Below are positions 48,859 to 58,956 of a stretch of DNA of 64,000 nucleotides, piece after piece (the first letter of the stretch is position 1; each line of letters begins with the position of its first letter). This stretch comes from an uncultured Phycisphaerae bacterium (GTDB taxonomy: Bacteria > Planctomycetota > Phycisphaerae > UBA1845 > PWPN01), in assembly GCA_938005315.1 (NCBI GenBank), contig CALLOB010000014.1:3705-67704 (forward strand). Reading direction: 5' to 3'. A program made the translations under genes and the position numbers. The notes under the pieces were generated by a model. It was not told the origin of the DNA. It ran no database searches and saw only the letters and a program-made list of their open reading frames with translations.

Positions 48859-48896
48859 GACGTCGCGGCGTCAGCTGTCCTGACGCCGGCGACGTC
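48859..48896. repeat. Long imperfect inverted repeat (16/17-nt arms, 5-nt loop)
   Basis: gacgtcgcggcgtcag-ctgtc-ctgacgccggcgacgtc with a single-nt bulge. It lies in the 595-bp intergenic region upstream of the PilZ pair. Confidence 0.7.
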
Positions 48897-49139
48897 CTGT
48901 AAACCGGCCGAATCCGGGAAAAACCCCTTGCCCTGCGCGCGGCGCCGCACTAACCTGTCGACCGTCTGGCATATCGCCGGCCTGCGTCCGATGGGTTCGG
49001 GTGTGGGCGGTTTGTATCAAAGACCACCCCCGATCAGGACGACGCACCACAGGGACCAGCATCGAACGACGGATGTCGGGCACGCCAGGGACGGCGCCGC
49101 GGACGTTCACGAAGGATCCATCGTGAGGGCGACCGGACC

Positions 49140-49439
49140 ATGAACGCACGGCAGCATCGGTGGGAGCGGAGGTCGTCGCAGCGGTTCCCCTGCCCCGGCA
49201 AGCTCTGGTACCTCGGGGAGAAGGACGGCGACTTCATGCAGGGATGGACCTCGGACACCTCGCGCAGCGGCGTCGCCTTCATCACCGCGTGCGATGATTC
49301 GCTCCAGATCGGCCAGCGGGTTTCGATCTGCACCGACAGCCCGCAGGAGCGCGTCCCGCAGTGCGAGGAGTTCCGCGTGTGCCGCATCGAGCCGGCCGGT
49401 CCGCTGCGCCGGTTCGTGGCCTGCACGCGTTTCGCATGA
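49140..49439 (+). CDS. PilZ-domain c-di-GMP receptor (99 aa)
   Basis: RRSSQR (RxxxR) followed 24 aa later by DTSRSG (DxSxxG). Confidence 0.7.
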   Translation: MNARQHRWERRSSQRFPCPGKLWYLGEKDGDFMQGWTSDTSRSGVAFITACDDSLQIGQRVSICTDSPQERVPQCEEFRVCRIEPAGPLRRFVACTRFA

Positions 49440-49972
49440 GCGTCATCACGCCGGTCGTGTCCACGGATGCGAATCCCCCGCGGGCGGGGGAGTCTCCGAT
49501 CTCGCCGCGCGTACACCCCGTCGGGGAACACTCCGGTCTGCACCCCCGCGGCGAGCATCTTCCGGTGCCGCTGGCCGCCCTGCGGCTGGCCGACCGGTAT
49601 CCCTTCGACCTCTACACCCGCGACCTCGTCGACGGCCGCCCGCGCTTCGTGCTCTTCCGCAGCCCCGCGCCGATGAACGTAAGGCTCGAGCAGCTGACGC
49701 CAGGCTCGGCCGAGGTCGCGACCCGTCGCCTCGGCCGGATGCTGGATCTCTCGAGCAGCGGGGTCCGCGTTTTCTCTCCTGTAGCCCTGCCGGCCGGCAC
49801 GGGCGTTCGCCTGATACCGCCGGATGGGCTGCGTCTGCGGCGGGACCTGATCGCCGAAGCGGTCCGCTCCCAGGCCGATCCGGTCTCGGGGGGTTACGTG
49901 GCCGGTCTGTGTTTCCGCATGTCTCCGCCGCCGAGCCGCCCTTTGGAAACGGTACCCGCCCCGACATCCTGA
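49436..49972 (+). CDS. PilZ-like protein (non-canonical motif spacing)
   Basis: ATGA overlap with the first PilZ gene. RRLGRMLDLSSSGVRVF has RxxxR only 3 aa from DxSxxG. Confidence 0.5.
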   Translation: MSVITPVVSTDANPPRAGESPISPRVHPVGEHSGLHPRGEHLPVPLAALRLADRYPFDLYTRDLVDGRPRFVLFRSPAPMNVRLEQLTPGSAEVATRRLGRMLDLSSSGVRVFSPVALPAGTGVRLIPPDGLRLRRDLIAEAVRSQADPVSGGYVAGLCFRMSPPPSRPLETVPAPTS

Positions 49973-50030
49973 CTCGGGGCTCCCCGACGGTTCGGCAATC
50001 GCCCGGTCGATCCCACCGGCGTTCCCGCAT

Positions 50031-51119
50031 TCATCGCAGCGACGGCAGCGGACAGGAGCCTCCGTGCCTGCGGTGGTAATCCTGGTGGTAGTCTTCCGCC
50101 TCGTAGAACGGTCCGGCCGGCTCGACGGTGGTCACAATCCGCCGTTTGCCGAAAGCCCCGGAGGCGGCCATTTCATCGATGAAGGCCCTGGCCTCGCGCA
50201 ACTGAGCCTCGTCGGCGGCGAAGATGGCCGAGCGGTACTGCGTGCCCACGTCGGGGCCCTGGCGGTTGAGCTGCGTGGGATCGTGGAAGCGGAAGAACCA
50301 CTCCAGCAGCCGACGGTAGGTCACCCGGTTCGGATCGAAGGTCACCCGCACCGTCTCGGCATGGCCGGTGCGGCCGGTGCACACCTGCTTGTAGGTCGGG
50401 CGGGGGGTCTTGCCGCCCTGATAGCCGGAGGTGGCGTCGATCACGCCGGGCACCTGCTGGAACCGGTCCTCGATTCCCCAGAAGCAGCCGCCGGCGAAGT
50501 AGGCGACCTGCACGACCGGCCGCGACTCCGGCGGCAGTTCGGCGTCGCGGGCGTAGAAGCGCAGCGCGGCGGAGTTGAGGCAGTAACGCTGTCCCGTGGG
50601 CGGGGGGCCGTCGGGAAACACGTGACCCAGGTGGGAGCCGCAGCGCCGGCAGAGGATCTCGGTGCGGATCATGCCGTGGCTGGTGTCCCGCCGCTCGGCC
50701 ACGTGGTCGGGGTCGAACGGCCGGAAGAAGCTCGGCCAGCCGGTGCCGGAGTGGAACTTGGCCTCGGAGGAAAACAGCGGCAGCCCGCACAGCCGACAAA
50801 CATAGACGCCGGCTTCCTTGTGGTCGGTCAGCCCGCCGCAGAAGGCCCTTTCCGTGCCCTTGTTAAGCAGAATCTCGCGTTCCTGGGGCGTCAGCCCGGC
50901 GGCCAGTTCCCTGATGCGTTCTGGAGCCAGCGGGCCGAGGTCGTAACCCGACGTGGAATACATGTTTCGTTGCTCCCTGGCTTGGGGGGCCGGCGCAGCA
51001 GGCGGATCCGTGGCGGCTCGGGCATCCGGGCGATCACAGGACCAGACGGCTGCAAAAGTGGCGGAAAGCATCGCGGCAACGCGAGCAAGCCGGCGATAAG
51101 GGTTCTGCGATCCGGGCAT
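50031..51119 (-). CDS. msrBA: Exported bifunctional methionine sulfoxide reductase (MsrB-MsrA fusion)
   Basis: ATG 51119 (AGGTGAG upstream) with a signal-like N-terminus. MsrB: CRLCGLPLF...GWPSF...[12 protein letters not shown]. MsrA: [15 protein letters not shown]...GYQGG. Confidence 0.88.
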   Translation of the reverse strand: MPGSQNPYRRLARVAAMLSATFAAVWSCDRPDARAATDPPAAPAPQAREQRNMYSTSGYDLGPLAPERIRELAAGLTPQEREILLNKGTERAFCGGLTDHKEAGVYVCRLCGLPLFSSEAKFHSGTGWPSFFRPFDPDHVAERRDTSHGMIRTEILCRRCGSHLGHVFPDGPPPTGQRYCLNSAALRFYARDAELPPESRPVVQVAYFAGGCFWGIEDRFQQVPGVIDATSGYQGGKTPRPTYKQVCTGRTGHAETVRVTFDPNRVTYRRLLEWFFRFHDPTQLNRQGPDVGTQYRSAIFAADEAQLREARAFIDEMAASGAFGKRRIVTTVEPAGPFYEAEDYHQDYHRRHGGSCPLPSLR

Positions 51120-51208
51120 CTCACCTGATTTATAGGCCTGCCGTCGGGGCGGGACCAAGCGTCGCCGATCGCAGGCCCCTTCGCAGGCGTTCCGGCCGTG
51201 GCTGGTGA

Positions 51209-52321
51209 TCAGCCGGCGGCAGGGGGCCCGTCGGCGTGGTCGAGCATGCGCTGCAGTGCGATCCTGGCGTCGTGTCTGGTCCGGGGATCGACCGAGATGC
51301 GGTTGACCACCCGCCCGGCGGCCAGCTCGTCCAGCGCCCAGGCCAGGTGGGGCAGATCGATACGGTACATGGTGGTGCAGAGGCACTGGAGGCCGGCCAG
51401 GGAGCGGATGTGCTTGCGCCCGGCGTGCAGGCGGATGAGCCGGTTGACCAGGTTCGCCTCGGTGCCCACCGCCCAGTGCGAACCGTCCGGCGCCTCCTCC
51501 AGAATCCGGATGATCGCCTCGGTGCTGCCGGTCAGATCCGCCTTCAGGACGACCTCGCGGCGGCACTCCGGGTGCACGAGGATGCGGCATTCCGGGTCGG
51601 CGGCCCGCACGGCGTCGCAGTGGGCCTCGGTGAACAGCTGGTGCACGCTGCAGTGGCCCTTCCAGAGGATGAACTTCGCCCGCTCGATCTGGTCGTCGGT
51701 CAGCCCGCCGGCGGGCGCCGCGGGGTCGTAGAGCACCATCGCCGCGGGATCGTAGCCCATGGCGCAGGCGGTGTTGCGCCCCAGGTGCTGGTCGGGCACG
51801 AAGAGCACCTTTTCGCCGAGGGTCAGTGCGTATTCCAGGACCCGCCGGGCGTTCGAGCTGGTGCAGCAGGCTCCGCCCCGGCGGCCGCAGAAGGCCTTGA
51901 CGGCCGCGCTGCTGTTGACGTAGGTGATCGGCACGATGGTCGCGTCGGTGGCCGCTTCGAGCCGTTCCCAGGCTTCCTCGAGCTGGTCGATCGCGGCCAT
52001 GTCGGCCATGCTGCAGCCGGCGGAGAGGTCCGGAAGAATCACCGCCACCTCGTCACGGGTGAGGATGTCGGCCGACTCGGCCATGAAATGGACGCCGCAG
52101 AAGACGACGTATTCGGCGTCGGCCTGGGCGGCCGCCAGCCGGCTGAGCTTGAGGCTGTCGCCGGTGAAGTCGGCGTGGCGGATGACGTCGTCCTGCTGGT
52201 AGTGGTGCCCGAGGATGACGAGCCTTCGGCCCATGGCGGCGCGGACCGAAGAGATGCGCTCATCCAGTGCTTCGCGGCTCAGAGCGGCGTACGCGCGTGG
52301 CAAGGGAGGCTGAAAAGGCAT
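51209..52321 (-). CDS. nadA: Quinolinate synthase
   Basis: ATG 52321. [13 protein letters not shown]...FCGVHFMAE...CSMA...CCTSSNA...WKGHCSVH...VHPEC. Confidence 0.88.
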   Translation of the reverse strand: MPFQPPLPRAYAALSREALDERISSVRAAMGRRLVILGHHYQQDDVIRHADFTGDSLKLSRLAAAQADAEYVVFCGVHFMAESADILTRDEVAVILPDLSAGCSMADMAAIDQLEEAWERLEAATDATIVPITYVNSSAAVKAFCGRRGGACCTSSNARRVLEYALTLGEKVLFVPDQHLGRNTACAMGYDPAAMVLYDPAAPAGGLTDDQIERAKFILWKGHCSVHQLFTEAHCDAVRAADPECRILVHPECRREVVLKADLTGSTEAIIRILEEAPDGSHWAVGTEANLVNRLIRLHAGRKHIRSLAGLQCLCTTMYRIDLPHLAWALDELAAGRVVNRISVDPRTRHDARIALQRMLDHADGPPAAG

Positions 52322-52573
52322 GGCGACTGCCGGAATCCACGGAGGCGACCGGCGCGACTCGCGTTTCCAGTGCGGCCGCGCCGAGGCAGGGGGCCCGGAA
52401 TGAAGGCCGCCAGCCGTGCCCGGGTCCGCCCATCGCCTGCTCAGTCCAAGTAAGTATAGGCGCATCGGCACCGGATTCCAGGATGTCGGCCCGCGGTGCC
52501 GCACCGGAGACAGATCGATCCGGCCGGTGGTGCTCTTCGCCCCGGGCGTCCGGGCGATCCCGCCGCGCGGGTC

Positions 52574-53239
52574 TCATTCCTCCGGAGAATCCGGGGGGGC
52601 CTCCGCATCGAACGGAGAAACAAGCACATGGCCGGAACACAGGGCTGCCGCCGGCCGAAGCTCCACGCGGGCCTCGGAGGCATCGTCGCCCCCGAGCAGG
52701 CGGCCGTCGCACGGGGCCAGGTGGACCTCGAACCTCTCGGCCCGGCGGCCGATGGCGACCATGAGCTCCAGATCCATCTCATCGGTGAGATCGTCGCGAT
52801 CCAGGAGCCGCGCGGCCGTCACCCGCGGTGCATCGGGCTTGGCTTCCACGGGAACGATGGCCGCCTGAGGCGGAGAGAGGCCGACGGCCAGCTGCAGCGG
52901 CACGGTCAGCGGGCTCTCGGCGTCGCAGACCTTCAGCGTACCGACCCAGAAGCCCGCCGGGCCGCGGTCGGGCTCGAGCGAATCGGCGGAGATGTCCGTT
53001 TCGTCACCGGGCGGCGGCAACGGCACCAGGAACAGCCGTGTCCGGGTGGTGGAGGCGTGTGTTCTCCGCCGCATCTGGCGGTAGGCCAGCAGGTGGATCG
53101 GCGTCCACAGCGCCGCCGCGCAGATGATCAGCGCCAGAACGATCCATCCGCGATCCACGACCGGGTCGTCGGAGGCGGTCGCCAGAGCGACCCCGATCGT
53201 TGTCGCCAGGACCAGAAATGCCGGGGCCAGCGAACGCAT
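52574..53239 (-). CDS. Two-TM hypothetical protein co-transcribed with the ExeA-like giant
   Basis: Starts 14 nt after the upstream stop. TM1 LAPAFLVLATTIGVALATA, TM2 WIVLALIICAAALWTPIHLLAY. GC3-rich codons throughout. Confidence 0.55.
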   Translation of the reverse strand: MRSLAPAFLVLATTIGVALATASDDPVVDRGWIVLALIICAAALWTPIHLLAYRQMRRRTHASTTRTRLFLVPLPPPGDETDISADSLEPDRGPAGFWVGTLKVCDAESPLTVPLQLAVGLSPPQAAIVPVEAKPDAPRVTAARLLDRDDLTDEMDLELMVAIGRRAERFEVHLAPCDGRLLGGDDASEARVELRPAAALCSGHVLVSPFDAEAPPDSPEE

Positions 53240-53253
53240 CGGTTTCTCGTAGG

Positions 53254-56200
53254 CTATGGCGCCGGGTTGTTGGCGGGCTCCGGCGGTCCGATCGCGACGG
53301 TCTCCGCGCGGGCACGTTGATGCCTCAGCAGCGTCTCACGCAGCGCGGCCAGGGCCTCGACGGAGCGGGTGGCCTTTCCGGTCAGCCGTCCCGACAGAGG
53401 CCTGTCCGGCGATGCGGACGGGGGAAGGACGACCCCGGCCGTCGCCGCCTGGCTCAGCAGCTCCTCCAGCCGCCGGCAGGCCGACTCGGCCAGGGCCCGC
53501 TGCTGGGCGAGCTCCGCGGCCTGGGCGCGCGTGACCTCCCGGGCGGAGTCGATCTGGCGGGTGCGGGCCTCCAGCTCGGCGCACAGCCGGGATGCCCGCT
53601 CCAGCATCGCGGCGGTGTCGCCGGCCTGGACCTTGCTCTCAGATACCCGGGCCGCGAGCTCCGCGGCCCGTGCCGCGGTCTCGGATTCGGCCAGTTGTGC
53701 GGAGCGGACGGTCTGCTGCAGCCGCAGGACCAGTTCCCGGGCCTGGCCGAAGCCTGCGTCCATGCGGTCCACCACGGCGGCCGCGCGGGCCACGGCATCC
53801 AGAATGCTTTTCTGGCCGCTCCGGGCGTCGGCCTGGGCAGCGGACAGGATCTCGCGGATACCATTTGACTCGGCCGCCGCAGCAGTGATCTCCTTCCGGA
53901 CGGCGGCGGCTTCGTCCAGCGTGCGGGCCAGAGCCTGATGCTGTTGGGAGGTGCGCTCGAACAGGTCGGCCATTCGTTCCTGCCGCTGTTTGAGAGCGTC
54001 CAGCGCTTCGGACGCCAGCATGCCACTGATGTGCCGGTCGAGAGTCTGCAGCTGCGCGATCCGGTCTTCGGCGCCCGACAATTGCGTGCTCAAGGCCGCC
54101 GCATCGGCCTTTGCCTGCTCCAGAAGCGTCGCGAGTTGCGTCGCACGGTCGGCCATGGCCCGGTGGGCGGCGGAGACCTGGGCGGCGATTCGGCCGCCGG
54201 CGGCGTTGACGGCCTTGAGCAGTTCGTCGATGCGCGTCCGGGACTCGGCGACCTGCCGCTCAACGCGACCGGCGGCATCTTCAGCGGTCCGTTCGACCCG
54301 GTCGGCGATGGAATCCAGCCTCGCGGCTTCCTCGACGGCCGCCCGCTGAGCGGCCAGGAGGTCGGCAGCGGCGGCCCCGAGGTTGCCTTCGAGCCCGGCC
54401 AGCTGGTCCGCGAGACGGCGTCCCTCGGCCACCTGGGCGGTCAGTGTTTCCAGCAGCTCGCCGGCCTGGGAAGCGGCGGATTGTCCCGCGGCCGTGGCGG
54501 CCCGGGCCTGGTCGATCAGCCCGGCGACCTGTTGCTGCGCCTGGGAAAGGCGGTTTCCAAGATCGTCGTGGGTCTGGAGCAGCCTTTGCTCGAGTTCACT
54601 GACGCTTTCGGCGCCTGTCCGCGCGGCCTCGGCGGCCTTCTCGGCGCGGAGGGCCTGGGCCAGGGCGGCCGCGGCGCGGGTTTGCAGGGTATCGAGGGTC
54701 TGTGCAGCCTGCCCGATCCCGGCCTCCAGGCGTGCGGCGCGTTCATCGGCCTGTCGGGTGAGGTCGTCGCAACGGCCGGCGGCGGTTTCGAGCCGGGCGG
54801 CCAGTTGTGCGGAGGACTGTCCCGCGGCTTCCGCGCGGCCGATCCACTCGGCCAGCTCTGCCTTCAGTGTCTCGGCGCGGCTGACGCCGGTATCCAGATC
54901 CTTTTCACGGACCTCGGCCCGGTTGATGAGCTCTTGCAGGCCCGCCTGGCGGCATTCCGAGAGGTGTATCCCGCTGAGCAGCCGGTCCACTGCTTCCCTG
55001 GCATCGCCGGTGGCCTGCCGAACCTGCTGGGCGACCTGCCGACCTGAAGCCGAGGCCTCGCCGAGCGCATCAACAGCCTTGGAGGCCTCGGCCAGCACCG
55101 TGTTGGCGTGCGCCAGTCGTCCGAGGGATTCCTCGGAGGCGGCCAGCAGCTTTTCAAGAGCCTCCTGCCGGGAGGCACATCGTTCGTTCAGGGCCGACAG
55201 GTTCTCGACCTGTCGGTCGGCGCGGATCGAAGCGTCTTCCACTCCCGCCCGCAGTTCCTGGACGGTCCGGCTCGCCTCCAGAAGGCTTGCGCGGGCGCTC
55301 AGGGCCTCCTCGGCCGCGGCACGAGCGGCCGTGCAGGCGGCGTGCGTTTCGTTGAGAAGGGCCTCGAGGGAGGCGGCCTGCTCCTGGATGTCCCTGAATC
55401 GGGCCGGATCCAGCAGTGCCTCCAGCTTTCCGCTGCCGGCCGCAAGGCGGACCAGCAGGTCCTGCGCGGTTCGACATCCCCGGTTGAGATCCTCGAGCTG
55501 TCCGGCGACCTGGGCCGTCAGTCCGGCCAGAGCGCCCCCGCGCTGTTCGAGGGAGGCGGTTTCCTCGCCCAGCCTGGTTCGCGCGAGCTCGGATGCAAGC
55601 GTGGCCTGCTGCAGTGCCTGTTCCTGTTCGGCCGCCTCGGCGAGTCGGCGTGCCAGACGCCCGATGTCCTCGGCACATTGTGCCGCGATCAGTCGCGCAC
55701 GGCGGCGGAGCCGGGCATAGCGTTCCCCGGCGGCGGCCGAACCGACTGCGGCCTCCTGGAGCGTTGCCTTCTGCCGGTCCGCCTGGCGAATCAGCTCCCG
55801 GAGTTCCTCGATGCGATCGGCCAGAGCCTGGGCGGCCGGTCGGCTCTCGCGGCACTCGTCCCGGAGGTTGCGAAGCGTGCCCTGCAGATCGGCCTGCAAT
55901 GTCGTTCCCTGCCGGACGACGTTTTCGAGATCCCGGCACTGCGCGGCGGCGCGTTCGATGACCCGCTCGGCCATCTGGGCCTGTCCCTGGAGATGCTGGG
56001 TGGCCCACAAGGCATGGGCGTCCACGGGATGGCTCGGTGCGCCGGCGATCAGGCGGGGATCGACCGATGGGGCGGACTGTCCGATGAGCAGCGGAGCGGC
56101 GGGGTGACCGGCAGGACCCGTGTCGGCGGCAGGCCCCGGCGCGGCGGTTTCGGGGCCCTCGAGCAGGTCCTGGAGCGCCGAGACCACGCAGTCCCGATCG

Positions 56201-56961
56201 ACTTCCGCCAGGCCCCGGCCGTAGGCCGCCAGCAGGGCGCCGTCGGCGATCTGGTTGATCAGCCGCGGGATGCCCCCGGAGCGGTCGTGAATCAGATCGA
56301 CGGCTTCGTCGTTGATGATGGACGCATCCTTCGCCCCGGCGACGGTCAGGCGATGGCGGATGTAGTTGCGCGTCTGGTCGTGTTCCATCGGTGTCAGCCG
56401 ACAGAAATCCGCGATCCGCTGCCGAAGCGGGGTCATCTCCGGCCGCTGCAGTGTCTGCAGGAGCCCGGGTCGGCCGAGAAGCACGACCTGGACCAGCTTG
56501 GACGCCTCCTGTTCCAGGTCCCCGAGCATCCGCACGTATTCCAGCATCGCGGGGCTCATGTCCTGGGCGTCGTCCAGCAGCACGACCACGAAGCGGTCCA
56601 GCAGCAGCTGGGCCCGCAGGTGAGCCTTGAGCCGCTCCAGCAGTTCGCCGTCGCTCTGTGCGGGCCGGTGGCGGATCTCCAGGGCCCGCAGGACGGCGCA
56701 CAGCAGCTCGTGCCCGTCGGCCGGAATGTGGTCCACCGCGGCGACGTCCGCGCGCCCGGCGAGGCTGGCGACCAGCATGCGGGCCAGCAGCGTCTTGCCC
56801 ATGCCGGCCTCGCCGGTCACCACGGTGATGCCGCGGCGCTGGGTCACGCCGTAGAGCAATGCCGCCAGCGTTTCCTCGTGCCCGGCGGTGCGAAAGTAGA
56901 AGGCCGGGTCCGCCGTGTTCGCGAACGGCACGCGCTCGAGCTGGAAGTGTTCAGCGTACAT
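53254..56961 (-). CDS. ExeA/GspA-like AAA+ ATPase fused to a ~900-aa coiled-coil region (1235 aa)
   Basis: ATG 56961. MYAEHFQLERVPFANTADPAFYFRTAGHEETLAALLYGVTQRRGITVVTGEAGMGKTLLAR (ExeA N-terminal signature, Walker A), VVVLLDDAQ (Walker B). From about aa 330 on, uninterrupted A/E/L/Q/R-rich heptad-like sequence. Confidence 0.75.
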   Translation of the reverse strand: MYAEHFQLERVPFANTADPAFYFRTAGHEETLAALLYGVTQRRGITVVTGEAGMGKTLLARMLVASLAGRADVAAVDHIPADGHELLCAVLRALEIRHRPAQSDGELLERLKAHLRAQLLLDRFVVVLLDDAQDMSPAMLEYVRMLGDLEQEASKLVQVVLLGRPGLLQTLQRPEMTPLRQRIADFCRLTPMEHDQTRNYIRHRLTVAGAKDASIINDEAVDLIHDRSGGIPRLINQIADGALLAAYGRGLAEVDRDCVVSALQDLLEGPETAAPGPAADTGPAGHPAAPLLIGQSAPSVDPRLIAGAPSHPVDAHALWATQHLQGQAQMAERVIERAAAQCRDLENVVRQGTTLQADLQGTLRNLRDECRESRPAAQALADRIEELRELIRQADRQKATLQEAAVGSAAAGERYARLRRRARLIAAQCAEDIGRLARRLAEAAEQEQALQQATLASELARTRLGEETASLEQRGGALAGLTAQVAGQLEDLNRGCRTAQDLLVRLAAGSGKLEALLDPARFRDIQEQAASLEALLNETHAACTAARAAAEEALSARASLLEASRTVQELRAGVEDASIRADRQVENLSALNERCASRQEALEKLLAASEESLGRLAHANTVLAEASKAVDALGEASASGRQVAQQVRQATGDAREAVDRLLSGIHLSECRQAGLQELINRAEVREKDLDTGVSRAETLKAELAEWIGRAEAAGQSSAQLAARLETAAGRCDDLTRQADERAARLEAGIGQAAQTLDTLQTRAAAALAQALRAEKAAEAARTGAESVSELEQRLLQTHDDLGNRLSQAQQQVAGLIDQARAATAAGQSAASQAGELLETLTAQVAEGRRLADQLAGLEGNLGAAAADLLAAQRAAVEEAARLDSIADRVERTAEDAAGRVERQVAESRTRIDELLKAVNAAGGRIAAQVSAAHRAMADRATQLATLLEQAKADAAALSTQLSGAEDRIAQLQTLDRHISGMLASEALDALKQRQERMADLFERTSQQHQALARTLDEAAAVRKEITAAAAESNGIREILSAAQADARSGQKSILDAVARAAAVVDRMDAGFGQARELVLRLQQTVRSAQLAESETAARAAELAARVSESKVQAGDTAAMLERASRLCAELEARTRQIDSAREVTRAQAAELAQQRALAESACRRLEELLSQAATAGVVLPPSASPDRPLSGRLTGKATRSVEALAALRETLLRHQRARAETVAIGPPEPANNPAP

Positions 56962-57498
56962 CCTGATCGCGCCTCTGGTCCCGCCGTCAGGCACGCGTGG
57001 TCGGGAAGCCCCGCGTTGGCGGGCGTCCCGCCGGCGAGGCGGTGCCTGGGCAGACGGACTCCTCCCCAGCGGGATATCGGACAGGCGCCCGGCGGACCGG
57101 AGTTATTGGGCGGAGGATCGATGGGCCGCTCGCGCGCAAGCATGTCCGGACGCGCGGCGGCAGGATACTATCGGACCTTGATGGACGCCCGTTCCGGGCT
57201 TCAGCGGGGCCGGGCACGCCGGCGGATTGTTCCGCGAAAACCCCTGTGACGTCCTTCTGTCCGGCAAGCCGCGAAGACCGGCGCATGCGATCGCGGCGCG
57301 GGTCTTTATCGGTCGGGCGGATCCGGGTCTGCTCCGTCGGTCCGGGAGGTCCGGCAAATACGTCAATTGCGCGCCGCATCGCTTCGATATTACCGGGGAC
57401 GAATCGTGCACCGAGGGGGCGGCGCTTCCAGCGCGCCGGCCCCGGCAGGGCAGATCCGCCGGGGAGCGTGCGTCCCGGGCGGGAACCCAGGCGGCCGG

Positions 57499-58848
57499 AT
57501 GCGGGCCGGGAGGTCCTTGATCGTGAGCGGTTGGATGCCCATATGGCTGGCGGCCGTCGGGTTGCTGTCGGTGGTCGGGTGGCTGTGCTGGCGGCGGTGC
57601 GGGCGGCGGAGCCCGGCAGGGTCGATCGACCTGATCGGCCGCAACCTGTCGCGGGTGCCCGCGGAGATCGCCGGGGACCTGCGCCGGCTGCAGCTGGACG
57701 ATTCGGCCGACGAGCTGGCCCGCGGGTGGAACATGCTTCTGCAGGCGGTGACGGCCGCCCGGAAGGAGCTCGAGGAACTGCGGCTGAGCCGGCACGCCCG
57801 CGAGACCCTCGAACGCTACCAGGCCCGCTGGATGACCGGCTTGGTGGCCCGGATGCCCTGCGGCCTGATCACCGTGTCGGACGACTGGACGATCACGTAC
57901 GCCAACGCGGCGGCCGAGCGCATGCTGCATGCCGGCAACGGGGGCCTGAAAGACCGGTCGCTGCGCGATTTCATCCGTAACGACCTGAGCCCCTTCCATC
58001 CCGGGCGGGGCATCGCCCTGGACCGCACCTTCGAGCTCAAGACGGCCGACGCGGCGGTCCGGCTGACCTCGCTGGCGAACGACGACGCCGAGTGCGGCGA
58101 GGCGGTGTTCTTCCTGCACGACGTCAGCCAGCAGAAGGCCGTCGAGCGGGAACGCAGCCAGTTTCTCTATCATGTGACCCACGAGCTGCGGACGCCGCTG
58201 ACCAACATCCGGGCGTACGCCGAGACGCTCTCCGAGGGCGTGCTCAAGGACGAGGCGATGCTCCGGGAGTGCTACAACGTCATCGTCGGCGAGACCCAGC
58301 GGCTTTCGCGGCTGGTGGAGGACATCCTCAGCCTCTCCCAGCTGGAGGCCGGGGCGGCGCGGCTGACGATGGACGATGTCAACACCGCCCGGCTGGTGCG
58401 GCAGGTCGTCGAGGACATGCAGGCTCAGGCGGACGACAAGGGTGTCGAGCTGATCCTCTCGCTTCCGGCCAAGATGCCCACCATCCGCGGCGACAAGGAC
58501 CGCCTGGCGGTGGTGCTGACCAACCTCATCGGCAACGCCGTCAAGTACACCCCTTCGCGCGGCCGTGTTGAGGTTCGTTGCGAGGATGACGGGCAGCGCT
58601 TCCGGGTCGAGGTGCGCGACACCGGCATCGGCATCGCGCCCGAGGACCAGCCCCGGGTGTTCGAGAAGTTCTACCGTTCGGCGGACGAGCGCGTGGCCCA
58701 GCAGCCGGGAACCGGGCTGGGCCTGGCCCTGGCCATGGAGATCGTCCGGGCTCACGGGGGAACGATCGAGCTGCGCAGTACGCCGGGCGAGGGCTCGGTT
58801 TTCACCGCGATTCTGCCGGTGGGCCGGCTGGCGGCCGTGCGGACGTGA
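57499..58848 (+). CDS. Membrane sensor histidine kinase (PAS-HisKA-HATPase_c)
   Basis: FLYHVTHELRTPLTNIRAYAETL (H-box), LIGNAVKYT (N-box), DTGIGI, GTGLGLA. Start may instead be GTG 57523 (GGGAGG 9 nt upstream) or ATG 57535. Confidence 0.85.
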   Translation: MRAGRSLIVSGWMPIWLAAVGLLSVVGWLCWRRCGRRSPAGSIDLIGRNLSRVPAEIAGDLRRLQLDDSADELARGWNMLLQAVTAARKELEELRLSRHARETLERYQARWMTGLVARMPCGLITVSDDWTITYANAAAERMLHAGNGGLKDRSLRDFIRNDLSPFHPGRGIALDRTFELKTADAAVRLTSLANDDAECGEAVFFLHDVSQQKAVERERSQFLYHVTHELRTPLTNIRAYAETLSEGVLKDEAMLRECYNVIVGETQRLSRLVEDILSLSQLEAGAARLTMDDVNTARLVRQVVEDMQAQADDKGVELILSLPAKMPTIRGDKDRLAVVLTNLIGNAVKYTPSRGRVEVRCEDDGQRFRVEVRDTGIGIAPEDQPRVFEKFYRSADERVAQQPGTGLGLALAMEIVRAHGGTIELRSTPGEGSVFTAILPVGRLAAVRT

Positions 58849-58956
58849 GTCCCCGGCTCCGGGCCCGTCACCGGTCGCGGGCGGCACCGGAATTGCCTCG
58901 TGCCGGGCTCGGCGATCGACCGGCGGGCCGGACGGAAGGAGGCAAGGCGACAGACG

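Noticed and set aside
48960-49139. c-di-GMP-I (GEMM) riboswitch upstream of the PilZ genes
   Set aside because: Only vague resemblance (gacgcaccacagggacc...gggcacgcc). I could not build the two-stem tetraloop/receptor architecture by hand. It is left as something to test with cmsearch, not called.
53254-56961. Internal DNA tandem repeats underlying the coiled-coil region
   Set aside because: The protein is compositionally repetitive, but I could not find recurring nucleotide blocks. The periodicity appears to be heptad-level only.
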